From positions 1-13,574 of the forward strand of contig BTVV01000150.1 in NCBI GenBank assembly GCA_045863855.1: 13,574 bases of DNA, read 5' to 3'. The translations under genes and the position numbers were made by a program. Below, piece after piece: positions 5,868-13,574 of the stretch. Numbering within the stretch: the stretch's first letter is position 1; every line of letters starts with the position of its first letter. The notes under the pieces are model-generated. The model saw only the letters and a list, made by a program, of their open reading frames with translations. It was not told the origin of the DNA and did no database searches. The DNA comes from Planctomycetota bacterium (lineage in GTDB: Bacteria > Planctomycetota > SZUA-567 > H5-PLA8).

Positions 5868-7136
5868 TTAAGTTGGTCTGCCCAGCACCAGCACCTTGAA
5901 GCCGCTCAAACGCAGGGACGAGTGATTGAGCCAGTTGCGCGTATCCAGAATCAAGCGCCCCTGCATGGCCTCGGCGAAGACGCGTCCGGAAAGCGCCCGA
6001 TAGGCGGTGTGTTCGGTCAAGAGCACCGCCGCCGCCGCGTCCTTCAAGCACGCCCCCAAGTCCGAACCGATGGGCACGCCTTCCCACGTCGCCGGTTCGA
6101 CGTGCGGATCGTGGACCGAAACCCGGAATCCACGTGCGGTGGCCGCATGCGCCATCCGCAGCGCCGGGCTTTCGCGAGGATCGTCGATGTTCGCCTTATA
6201 TGCCGCGCCCAAGAGCGCCAGCTTCGATCCGGCCGTCAGGTCGCCCGTCGCCGCGAGCCGGTCGAGCATGCGGTCGGCCTGCGTATCGTTGACTTCGCGC
6301 GCCTTCTTGAGCAGCTCTGTGTGCTTCGGGAACGCCTGCACGAAAAACCACGGATCGACCGGAATGCAGTGGCCGCCGACACCGGGACCGGGCGATAGAA
6401 TTTGTACGCGCGGGTGCCGGTTGGCGAGTTGGATGGCTTCCCACACGTTTACTCCCGCGTCCTCGGCGATGCGCGCGAACGAGTTGGCCAGGGCGATATT
6501 CACGTCGCGAAACGTATTCTCCATCAGCTTCGACATCTCGGCGGTGAGGTCGTCGGTTAACGCCACGTTGCCTTGGCTGAAGCGCGCGTAAATCTCCTGA
6601 GCGTGCTCCGCCGATTCGCGGGTGAACCCGCCGATGATCCGGTCGTTGTTGATCAGTTCGGCGATTGTGTTGCCCGGCAGCACGCGCTCGGGGCAGTAGC
6701 ACAGATGTACGTCCTGGCCCGGCGCGAGCCCGTGTTCCCTCAGGATGCGCCCCACTACGTTTCGGGTGGTGCCCACCGGAGAGGTGGATTCCAGGATCAC
6801 GAGATTGCCCGGCTTCACCACCGCGGCGATGGCGCGCGCAGCCGCCTCGACGGCGCGCAGGTCCACGCCGTGATCGGGCGTGACGGGCGTCGGCACGCAG
6901 ATGATGAACGTATCCGAAGCCTCGGGCTTCACGGCCGCCACGAGGTTGCCGCTTTTATGCGCCGCCGAGACGAGCGTCGCCAGGCCGGATTCTTTGAGCA
7001 GCGTCTTACCCGAATTAAGCTGCTCAACCACCTTGGGGTTGACGTCCACACCCAACACCTGGAACCCCGCCGTGGCAAGCACACTAGCGGTGGGCAATCC
7101 CACGTATCCTAAGCCCAGTACGCATACCTCTGGCAT
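5868..7136 (-). CDS. wecC: Nucleotide sugar dehydrogenase, UDP-N-acetyl-D-mannosamine dehydrogenase (WecC)-like, 422 aa
   Basis: GLGYVGLP Rossmann motif, ICVPTP, ILESTSPVGTT, CPERVLPG, AEMSKLMENTFRDVNIALAN, catalytic GPGVGGHCIPVDPWF and YKANIDDPRESP. GGGAGG RBS 8 nt before ATG 7136 favours this start over TTG 7142. The exact substrate is inferred. Confidence 0.88.
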   Translation of the reverse strand: MPEVCVLGLGYVGLPTASVLATAGFQVLGVDVNPKVVEQLNSGKTLLKESGLATLVSAAHKSGNLVAAVKPEASDTFIICVPTPVTPDHGVDLRAVEAAARAIAAVVKPGNLVILESTSPVGTTRNVVGRILREHGLAPGQDVHLCYCPERVLPGNTIAELINNDRIIGGFTRESAEHAQEIYARFSQGNVALTDDLTAEMSKLMENTFRDVNIALANSFARIAEDAGVNVWEAIQLANRHPRVQILSPGPGVGGHCIPVDPWFFVQAFPKHTELLKKAREVNDTQADRMLDRLAATGDLTAGSKLALLGAAYKANIDDPRESPALRMAHAATARGFRVSVHDPHVEPATWEGVPIGSDLGACLKDAAAAVLLTEHTAYRALSGRVFAEAMQGRLILDTRNWLNHSSLRLSGFKVLVLGRPT

Positions 7137-7154
7137 CGGCAAGGCCTCCCTAAC

Positions 7155-8390
7155 TCACGCCCTGTTCAGGATTTGCATTAACAGGTCCACGTACTTCCGG
7201 GCCTGTGCCGAACGGTCGAATCGTTCGAGTACGAAGACCCGACAGCTGCGTCCTCGCGCGGCCCATTCGAGGGGGCAGCGTACACAATCCTCTAGGGTAC
7301 GCGCCAGCGCTTCCGGATCTTCCGGCGGCACGTACACGCCGCAGCCGGCCGCTTCGATGAGTTCGCGCGCCTCGCCGCCGACGCTCAACACGATCGGACG
7401 TTCCATGGCCAGGTACTCGAAGATTTTCGAGGGCAGGACTTCCTGAAAAAGCGGCGTATCGCGCAGCGTCACCAAGCCTACGTCGCAGGCGGCGTAATAC
7501 TCGGCCAAACGCGCCTTGGGTTGCTGATCGACGAACTCTACGTTGGACAGCTTCCACCGGGCGGCTTGCGCCTGAAGCGCTGCTTTCTCCGCGCCTTCGC
7601 CGACGAAGACGATGCGCAGCTTAGGACAGCGTTGCTCCAGAAGTCGCGCGCTTTGCAGGACCGCCTGCAGCGCGTGCGCCATCCCGTGCGTGCCGGCGTA
7701 GAGCGCCACGTACCGGTCCTCCCAGCCGCGCTCACGGCGTAGCGAATTCTCGCGCGAACCGGGTTTCCAAAGCGCGGCCTCGATCCCGTTGGGGATGACG
7801 GCGATTTTCTCGGGGTCCACCCCGTAGCGGGCGACGATGCCGCGCTTGTAGCCCTCGCCCACCGTTACGATCCGGTCCGCTTGTGCGTACAGGAATGCGG
7901 CCAGGTGCGTCAGCACGCGGATCAGGACGTTGTCCTGCATCGCCTGGACGGCCAGGATCGATTCGGGCCACAGATCCCGGACTTCGAAAACGAAGGGCAC
8001 GCCGAAGCGCCGCGCCAGAAAGTACCCGGCCAGCCCGCACAGCAGATGCGGCGAAGTCGCGACCACGACCTCCGGGCGCCGAACACGCAGTGCGCCGATC
8101 GCAGCGGCCGAAAACATGAAACTGGCATAGGAAAGCATTCGTTTAAGGAGGCCTTTGTTGGGTGCCGCCCACAGGTACGCGCGTACCACATCGATGCCGT
8201 CACTGCGCTCTCGCCGCATGACCACTCCGCGGTCTTCGGGCGCTTTGATCCCTGTGGGGTGGTTGGCGAATCCGGTCAAGACCGTTACGTCGTGGCCGAG
8301 ATTCACCCACTCGCGCGCCAGCTCGCTGACCCGCGCTGACGGCGCACCCATCTCGGGCGGAAAGTAGGCGGACACGTAGAGCATGCGCAT
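7155..8390 (-). CDS. Glycosyltransferase family 4 (WbuB-like), 411 aa
   Basis: MRMLYVSAYFPPE, GHDVTVLTGFANHP, FEVRDLWPES, IPNGI, YAGTHG, VGEGAEK and LPSKIFEYLAMERP are all typical of WbuB-type GT4 enzymes. Confidence 0.93.
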   Translation of the reverse strand: MRMLYVSAYFPPEMGAPSARVSELAREWVNLGHDVTVLTGFANHPTGIKAPEDRGVVMRRERSDGIDVVRAYLWAAPNKGLLKRMLSYASFMFSAAAIGALRVRRPEVVVATSPHLLCGLAGYFLARRFGVPFVFEVRDLWPESILAVQAMQDNVLIRVLTHLAAFLYAQADRIVTVGEGYKRGIVARYGVDPEKIAVIPNGIEAALWKPGSRENSLRRERGWEDRYVALYAGTHGMAHALQAVLQSARLLEQRCPKLRIVFVGEGAEKAALQAQAARWKLSNVEFVDQQPKARLAEYYAACDVGLVTLRDTPLFQEVLPSKIFEYLAMERPIVLSVGGEARELIEAAGCGVYVPPEDPEALARTLEDCVRCPLEWAARGRSCRVFVLERFDRSAQARKYVDLLMQILNRA

Positions 8391-10115
8391 TCAGGAGGCT
8401 TCCACCTGGGTGGTGACCTGAAGCGGCAACTCGCCTTCCCACGCCCACTGCAGCCGCAGCGTCTGGTGTTCCAGCCCGTACTCCGGGTGGTACGCCGCTT
8501 CGGCCAGGGATAGCCGTAGGCCAGTAGGGCCTTCGAGACGAACGGCCACGCGCCGGCCTGCGCGGACGACATCCCAGCCACCCGGTGTTGGGGAGGCTTG
8601 CCACTCCGGTGCCAATAGCCAGCCGCCTTCGACGCGATGCCGGCCGATCCCTTCGATGCGGTCGCGTACGTACAGGGCCGCTGCGTCGCGCACCTCGACC
8701 CGCCGGAAGTGCCGCGGGCTGCCTTCGAGATGGGCGTAGCCGTCGTGATCGGCTTCGGCGCAGAGTCCGTTCGCATCGATACGCGCTTCGACGCCCATGA
8801 CGCTCGCACGTCGGCCAACGCGGAAAATATGCCAAACCTCGCTGGAGTCCTGACCGTCCACGCAGACCGTGTTGTGTGCGGCGGTGGAGCGGTCGTAGCT
8901 GCGCCGCGCGTCGTGGTCGTAACCGTAGGTGCCGGGATCGACGAATAGCCGCGCGCCTTGGTAAGAGACCTCGAGAGCCAGCGTATCGGCATGCGCGTGC
9001 CCGGGCTGGTCATCCGGTCCGATCGCGCCTGCGTCAAAGAAAACGCTCCAGGGTTGTCCGTGCCAGACGAGCAGCCCGAAGTCTTTGAAGTGTCGGTCGC
9101 CTTTCCTCGCTCGCGCGTCGGCGTGGAGGCCCAGCGCCGCGGCGCCCGTAGTGAGCATGACCTCAGGAGAACATGCGCCGTTGAAACCGCCGTCGTTGAA
9201 AAGCACGATGGCTCCGTCGGGATGCCGCACCCACGCGGCGAACTCGGCCATGCGCATCCACGCCGAACGCAGCGCCGCCTGTACCTGGGGATCTGGCACC
9301 AGGAGCGCCAGTTGGAGGACGTCGTCCATCACGTGCACATGATACATGGGGCTGCGTTCGAAATGGCCCCCGTCGGGCAGGACCTGCTCTTGAATCTGCT
9401 CGGCGGCCAGCCGGGTGGCCGTGTCCAACCAACGGCTGGGTTCGGCGCCCTCAAAAAAGCGCCCGGCCCATGCCAAGCCCACGGCGTCGCGCAGCAGGTG
9501 GTTGCCGCGAAGATCCCACTCCAAATGCGCATGCAAATACGCGGCCTGGCGATAAGCGCTGCGAAGCAAGCGCTCCTGGAGGGCGCCTGCGTCCATCCGC
9601 AGTACCCGCAGCCACCAAGTGAGGCGCGTCGCGATGGCGAACGAGTTCCAAGCCAGGTCGCGGCTGCCCGGCTTTTCCGGCGCACACCGCTGCAACCACG
9701 ATTCGAGCAACCGTTCGGCCACCCGCGCAGCAGATTTGCTTTCAGGCTCCGATTCGCGAGCCCAGTGCGTTAATTCATACAGCCAGGCGTGATAATGAAG
9801 GGTGATCGACTCCAGGCGATTGGCTTTCTGCCGACCCAGCCGCCAATCCGGATCGGGCAGGTGCAGCGCCAAGGGGTGGTGCAGCACGTCCAAACGGCCT
9901 TCGAGAAGCTGCGCCAGGCAATCCGCAGCTTGCGGCTTGGGGCGATGCAAAAGGGGGATCTCAGGAAAGTCCGCACGCCGGCCGGGGCTTTCGAGCGGCT
10001 CGGACACATGAGCAGGCCAGCGCCGTGCGAGCATGTTTCTCAAGCGCCAGACGCCTTGCTCGGCCCTTAGGTGCCGAACCGTGCGCAGCCACCGAGCCCA
10101 AGTTTGGAGCATCAT
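8391..10115 (-). CDS. Heparinase II/III family protein (alginate-lyase-like N-terminal barrel plus Hepar_II_III C-terminal domain), 574 aa
   Basis: Motifs HLEWDLRGNH, QVLPDGGHFERSPMYH, LFNDG, PGHAHADTL, VDPGTYGY and RSTAAHNTV. The start overlaps the upstream stop (ATGA at 10115-10112), and its stop abuts the next ATG. Confidence 0.9.
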   Translation of the reverse strand: MMLQTWARWLRTVRHLRAEQGVWRLRNMLARRWPAHVSEPLESPGRRADFPEIPLLHRPKPQAADCLAQLLEGRLDVLHHPLALHLPDPDWRLGRQKANRLESITLHYHAWLYELTHWARESEPESKSAARVAERLLESWLQRCAPEKPGSRDLAWNSFAIATRLTWWLRVLRMDAGALQERLLRSAYRQAAYLHAHLEWDLRGNHLLRDAVGLAWAGRFFEGAEPSRWLDTATRLAAEQIQEQVLPDGGHFERSPMYHVHVMDDVLQLALLVPDPQVQAALRSAWMRMAEFAAWVRHPDGAIVLFNDGGFNGACSPEVMLTTGAAALGLHADARARKGDRHFKDFGLLVWHGQPWSVFFDAGAIGPDDQPGHAHADTLALEVSYQGARLFVDPGTYGYDHDARRSYDRSTAAHNTVCVDGQDSSEVWHIFRVGRRASVMGVEARIDANGLCAEADHDGYAHLEGSPRHFRRVEVRDAAALYVRDRIEGIGRHRVEGGWLLAPEWQASPTPGGWDVVRAGRRVAVRLEGPTGLRLSLAEAAYHPEYGLEHQTLRLQWAWEGELPLQVTTQVEAS

Positions 10116-12253
10116 GCGATTTCGAACGCGATCCCTTCACGCAAGCTGCGCACCGCCAGGATCGAAGCGAGCGAAACCGCGCGCAGGTCGTCCCAGGGAA
10201 TCGGTGCCGCGCCTCCTTGACTGAGCGCTCGGAGAAACGCTTCGAGAAGTGCGGCGTGGCCTTTGTCTTGTGCACCAAGCTTTTCGGTTTTGATCCGTCC
10301 GCCGTGCGCCGTCTGAAGCTGCCGGAAATCGTCCAGCACTCCCACGCGCCCCCCGCCGAAAACTTCCACGCGCTCTTTCGGAAACGCCTTGTCGCCACCC
10401 GCTAAGTACGCCACGCTCGAGACCGAACCGTTGGCGTGTCGCAACATGATGAAGCACTGATCGTCGGTCACATCCGGCGCATGCGCGCCGCCCACGCTCT
10501 CGGCGAAGACCCGGACCGGCGGCGATCCGGCCAAGTAGGTCGCCAAATCGATCGCATGGCAGGCCTCGCCGATCAGCCGTCCGCCCTCCTGCAACTCGTC
10601 CTGCGTCCAATGTCCGGGCTCGATGGCGCCCGCGTTGAAACGCACCGAGATGGTGAGCGGTTGCGCGACTGGCGCCAGGAATGCTTTTAGCTTTTGCACG
10701 CCCGGCGCGAAGCGGCGATTGAATCCTGCGGTCAGGATCGGCGCGCCGCTTCCGGACTGGGCGAGGGTCGCTTCGATCTCGCCGAGTTCTTCTACGCTCA
10801 GCGCCAGCGGTTTCTCGACGAATACATGTTTTCCGGTACGGAGCGCCGTGATCGCTTGCGCGGCGTGTCGGTTGTGGCGCGTGAGCACGAAAACGGCTCG
10901 TACGTTTGGATCGCTGAAGGCCAAGGATTCGTCGGTACCGATGGCTTCGAAGCCGTGCTTCTCGCCGGTGCGCTCGGAAGGAAGCCCGCCGGCGGAAACC
11001 AGCAAAATGGGGCGCACGCTTGGTTGCTGCACGAGCAAAGGCAAGAGGGTCAAGCGAGCAAACTGCCCTGAGCCTAGGCATGCGATGCCGATCGCACCGC
11101 CGGTCGCCTGAGCGTGCAATTCGATTCGGCGCACTTCGGTGCCCGGTGCAACCTCAGGGTATTCAAGCACCACGCCAAGGTACGGCTCGCGGCCGCTATC
11201 CAGCAGCGCGTACGCTTCTTCGGCACGTTCGATGGGGAAGCGATGCGAAACCAGCGGGCCCACGTCGAGCTTTTCTGAGCCCATCAGATCCAGCACGGCC
11301 TGCATATTGCGCTGCTCGGTCCAACGTACGTAGCCAGCAGGGTAATCGTGACCGCGCTCTTCGTACTCTGGGTCATAGCGTCCCGGTCCGTAAGAGCACG
11401 AGACGACGAACTCGGCCTCCTTGAAGTACAAGGGGCGGCGTGGAAGATTCAAACCCACCGCGCCGACTGCGACGATACGCCCCTTCTTGCGCACGGCTTC
11501 GGCCGCTTGCGCCACGGGTTCGTCCGAAGGCGTGGACGCCGCGATCAGGACCGCGTCCGCGCCCAAGCCGTTGGTTGCTTCGGTGATCCGCGCGGGTGTC
11601 CAATCCGTACCCACGGCCGCCGCACCCATACGCAAAGCAAGCTCGCACTTAACCGGATCGGGATCGGTTCCGAATACCCGCACGCCAGAGGCGTGCAGGA
11701 GCGAAACGGCCAACTGTCCTACCAATCCCAGGCCAATAACGAAAGCCGTCTCGCCCAACTCGAGGCGCGCCAGCCGCACACTTTGAAGTGCGATCGAGCC
11801 TATAACGGTGAATGCGGCTCGGTCGAGTCCCACATTCTCGGGAACGCGTGCGCACAAATGCTTCGGCACGCTTACGATGCCCGCGTGAGGGCCGTTGGAA
11901 GCAACGCGCTCGCCGGGTTTGAACTCCGAAACGCCGGCCCCGCAGGCGAGCACGACACCAGCCGAGCTGTAACCCAAAGCCAGGGGCTCGTCGAGCTTTT
12001 CACGCACTTGCCGGAGCGTGTTGAAGAAACCTTCCTGCCGGAACTTTTCGATCACTCGGCGCACGTGATCGGGCCGTTCACGCGCTTTTCCCAGCAAAGA
12101 CTTGCGCGCCAACTCTATGGTCTGCCGCTCGGTCCCGGCGCTAATGACGGACGCGGCGTTGGCGATCAAGACCTGCCCCGGCCTTGCGAGCGGATCGGGG
12201 AGCGAGGCGACGCGCAAACGGCCGTCGTTGATATTTTGCAGGACCTGGAGCAA
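10112..12253 (-). CDS. Bi-domain oxidoreductase (MDR/ADH-like N-terminal domain plus Gfo/Idh/MocA C-terminal domain), 713 aa
   Basis: N-domain: SVISAGTE, LGYSSAGVV, GLGLVG, SYGPGRYD, VRWTEQRN. C-domain: GSGQFA, HVFVEKPLA, GFNRRFAP, GGRLIGEACHAID, DKGH. TTG start 3 nt after the upstream stop. Confidence 0.92.
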   Translation of the reverse strand: MLQVLQNINDGRLRVASLPDPLARPGQVLIANAASVISAGTERQTIELARKSLLGKARERPDHVRRVIEKFRQEGFFNTLRQVREKLDEPLALGYSSAGVVLACGAGVSEFKPGERVASNGPHAGIVSVPKHLCARVPENVGLDRAAFTVIGSIALQSVRLARLELGETAFVIGLGLVGQLAVSLLHASGVRVFGTDPDPVKCELALRMGAAAVGTDWTPARITEATNGLGADAVLIAASTPSDEPVAQAAEAVRKKGRIVAVGAVGLNLPRRPLYFKEAEFVVSCSYGPGRYDPEYEERGHDYPAGYVRWTEQRNMQAVLDLMGSEKLDVGPLVSHRFPIERAEEAYALLDSGREPYLGVVLEYPEVAPGTEVRRIELHAQATGGAIGIACLGSGQFARLTLLPLLVQQPSVRPILLVSAGGLPSERTGEKHGFEAIGTDESLAFSDPNVRAVFVLTRHNRHAAQAITALRTGKHVFVEKPLALSVEELGEIEATLAQSGSGAPILTAGFNRRFAPGVQKLKAFLAPVAQPLTISVRFNAGAIEPGHWTQDELQEGGRLIGEACHAIDLATYLAGSPPVRVFAESVGGAHAPDVTDDQCFIMLRHANGSVSSVAYLAGGDKAFPKERVEVFGGGRVGVLDDFRQLQTAHGGRIKTEKLGAQDKGHAALLEAFLRALSQGGAAPIPWDDLRAVSLASILAVRSLREGIAFEIA

Positions 12254-12256
12254 TGG

Positions 12257-13405
12257 TCAACCTTTCTCTTTCAAGAACTTCTTCATTACGCGAACTTGTT
12301 CCTGCCACTTTTCAGAAGGGGATGGATAATTTTTCTTTAGCGCCATTCTCCCTCCTTCAATCAATCGCGTTCGAGTGTTTGCAGACGATCGAACCTCCAT
12401 CAACGCCGTCGCAGCATCTACCGCCGAGCGCGGCTCAAAGAACAGGGCACCATGTCCGCACAATTCACGAGCAAAGTCAAGATCGGTCGTCACTAATGGC
12501 TTTTCGGCTAAGAAGGCTTCGGGATAGACGGCCGTCGAACATTCCAGAAGTGTAGGAAGGAATACGACATCTGACGAAAGATACAATTCTGAGAATCGCT
12601 CATGGGGTATGGCCCCTACCGTATAGAGTCGATCGCCTACGCCAAAGTCCATCGCCATGCCTTTGATCGCACGCCAACTCGACGAATCCTTAGGAATCGT
12701 AAAGCGAAATGAAAAATTTTCCTGACCGGCATCCTGCAGCAAGCGTGCGGTTTCCGGTACCCGCTCCAAATCTTTGTGCGAATAGTAAACGGAAGGAACT
12801 AGGATAGTCCAAACGTTCGTTGGTTCCGGCCGTCGCGAAATTGACAAGTTGCGGGCAAAGCTCGCACTGAAGGAGTTGCGAATTACTTCAATTCGATCCA
12901 ATGGAAATCCCAAAAACTCATGCATGCGCTTGCGGACTGTGTCGGTCTCGGCAATCCAGGCGTCTGCCTGCCGGCAGGCCCAGGCTTTTAGTGCGCTGGT
13001 AAGACATGCCGCGGCCTTCGTCCAAGGCCAAGGTTCACGAAGGTATTGTTCGACTGGATAGATTAGTTTAGGTAGTGCGAATCCCGAGATATGGGTACCT
13101 TCGAATTTCCAATAGGCGGGTCCGAATACTGTGAAGACCAGGTCCGGTTTCACCTCCTTTGCGATATTAGGAAGACTTGTGCCGATTTCGCGAATGCGCT
13201 TAAAAACGGAGCTTTGATGCGTTAAGGTGCGGCTACTGGCCAACGCACTGCGCGTGGCATCAGACATCTGAGCATTTACCTCGGCGGATGTCGCGGCATG
13301 GAATTCCATCTCGGTCGACTGGGATGCGTGTTCCAGCAACGCAAGCGCGACTTGAATGCCGCCGCCCACGACCACTTGAGTTGCATCTATCAGTATCCGA
13401 GGCAT
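12257..13405 (-). CDS. Glycosyltransferase family 4 (group 1), 382 aa
   Basis: MPRILIDAT...GGGIQV N-terminus, HKD, and the GT-B EX7E motif in FLPTLLECSTAVYPEAF...LVTTD. ATG 13405 lies 10 nt after the upstream gene's stop with an AGGA RBS, so the track's 13456 start is unlikely. Confidence 0.88.
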   Translation of the reverse strand: MPRILIDATQVVVGGGIQVALALLEHASQSTEMEFHAATSAEVNAQMSDATRSALASSRTLTHQSSVFKRIREIGTSLPNIAKEVKPDLVFTVFGPAYWKFEGTHISGFALPKLIYPVEQYLREPWPWTKAAACLTSALKAWACRQADAWIAETDTVRKRMHEFLGFPLDRIEVIRNSFSASFARNLSISRRPEPTNVWTILVPSVYYSHKDLERVPETARLLQDAGQENFSFRFTIPKDSSSWRAIKGMAMDFGVGDRLYTVGAIPHERFSELYLSSDVVFLPTLLECSTAVYPEAFLAEKPLVTTDLDFARELCGHGALFFEPRSAVDAATALMEVRSSANTRTRLIEGGRMALKKNYPSPSEKWQEQVRVMKKFLKEKG

Positions 13406-13415
13406 GGCTTGAGTC

Positions 13416-13574
13416 CTATACCTCGGTGCTGGGCTTATCAGTGCGCGCCATAACAATTAGACCATCGCCCATCCGATCCGAGCAGATGAAATTAAGAAGC
13501 CAAACAGCTCCCGAAAGCATGCGCGAGAATGCTGTATGCCCAGACAAATGATAGTAGGCCGTATGTGTAGGTTC
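13416..13574 (-). CDS. C-terminal fragment of the upstream operon gene, possibly a class I SAM-dependent methyltransferase
   Basis: Not in the ORF track. Open frame from the right edge: EPTHTAYYHLSGHTAFSRMLSGAVWLLNFICSDRMGDGLIVMARTDKPSTEV*, with TAG at 13418-13416, 10 nt before the GT start. GDGLIVMAR resembles the last beta-strand of class I methyltransferases (weak evidence). Confidence 0.55.
   Translation of the reverse strand, partial: EPTHTAYYHLSGHTAFSRMLSGAVWLLNFICSDRMGDGLIVMARTDKPSTEV

Noticed and set aside
5922..12340. Many long alternative-frame ORFs (e.g. 8958..9773 +, 11348..12340 +, 10137..11081 -)
   Set aside because: They are the expected shadow ORFs of high-GC coding DNA. They overlap well-supported genes and lack recognisable motifs.
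1..13574. CRISPR array, transposase/integrase, phage or defence genes
   Set aside because: No regularly spaced repeats, terminal inverted repeats or matching protein motifs were seen on either strand.

Overview
Bacterial genomic DNA, probably Planctomycetota (inferred from the single-barrel prenyltransferase/squalene-oxidase-repeat protein and the style of the signal peptides). The left part (1-5863) is a mixed accessory region. It holds a partial secreted-protein gene on the minus strand that the ORF track misses, then three + strand genes for exported proteins: a membrane-anchored terpene-cyclase-like (QW-repeat) protein, a clan GH-A-like glycoside hydrolase and a small OB-fold-like protein with a Lys-rich tail. 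A ChbG/YdjC/HpnK deacetylase and a double-zinc-ribbon/PhyH-type Fe(II)-2OG dioxygenase fusion follow. The first two + strand genes each have a well-placed sigma-54 (-24/-12) promoter motif. The right part (5868-13574, minus strand) is the distal end of a surface-polysaccharide operon: a probable methyltransferase fragment, a GT4, a bi-domain oxidoreductase, a heparinase II/III-like protein, a WbuB-like GT4 and a WecC-like nucleotide-sugar dehydrogenase. No rRNA, tRNA, CRISPR array or mobile element was seen. I found no clearly new system. The best leads are the tandem sigma-54 promoters on exported enzymes, the zinc-ribbon/dioxygenase fusion and the coupled oxidoreductase/signal-less lyase module. 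All family calls come from motif recognition by eye, not from database searches.
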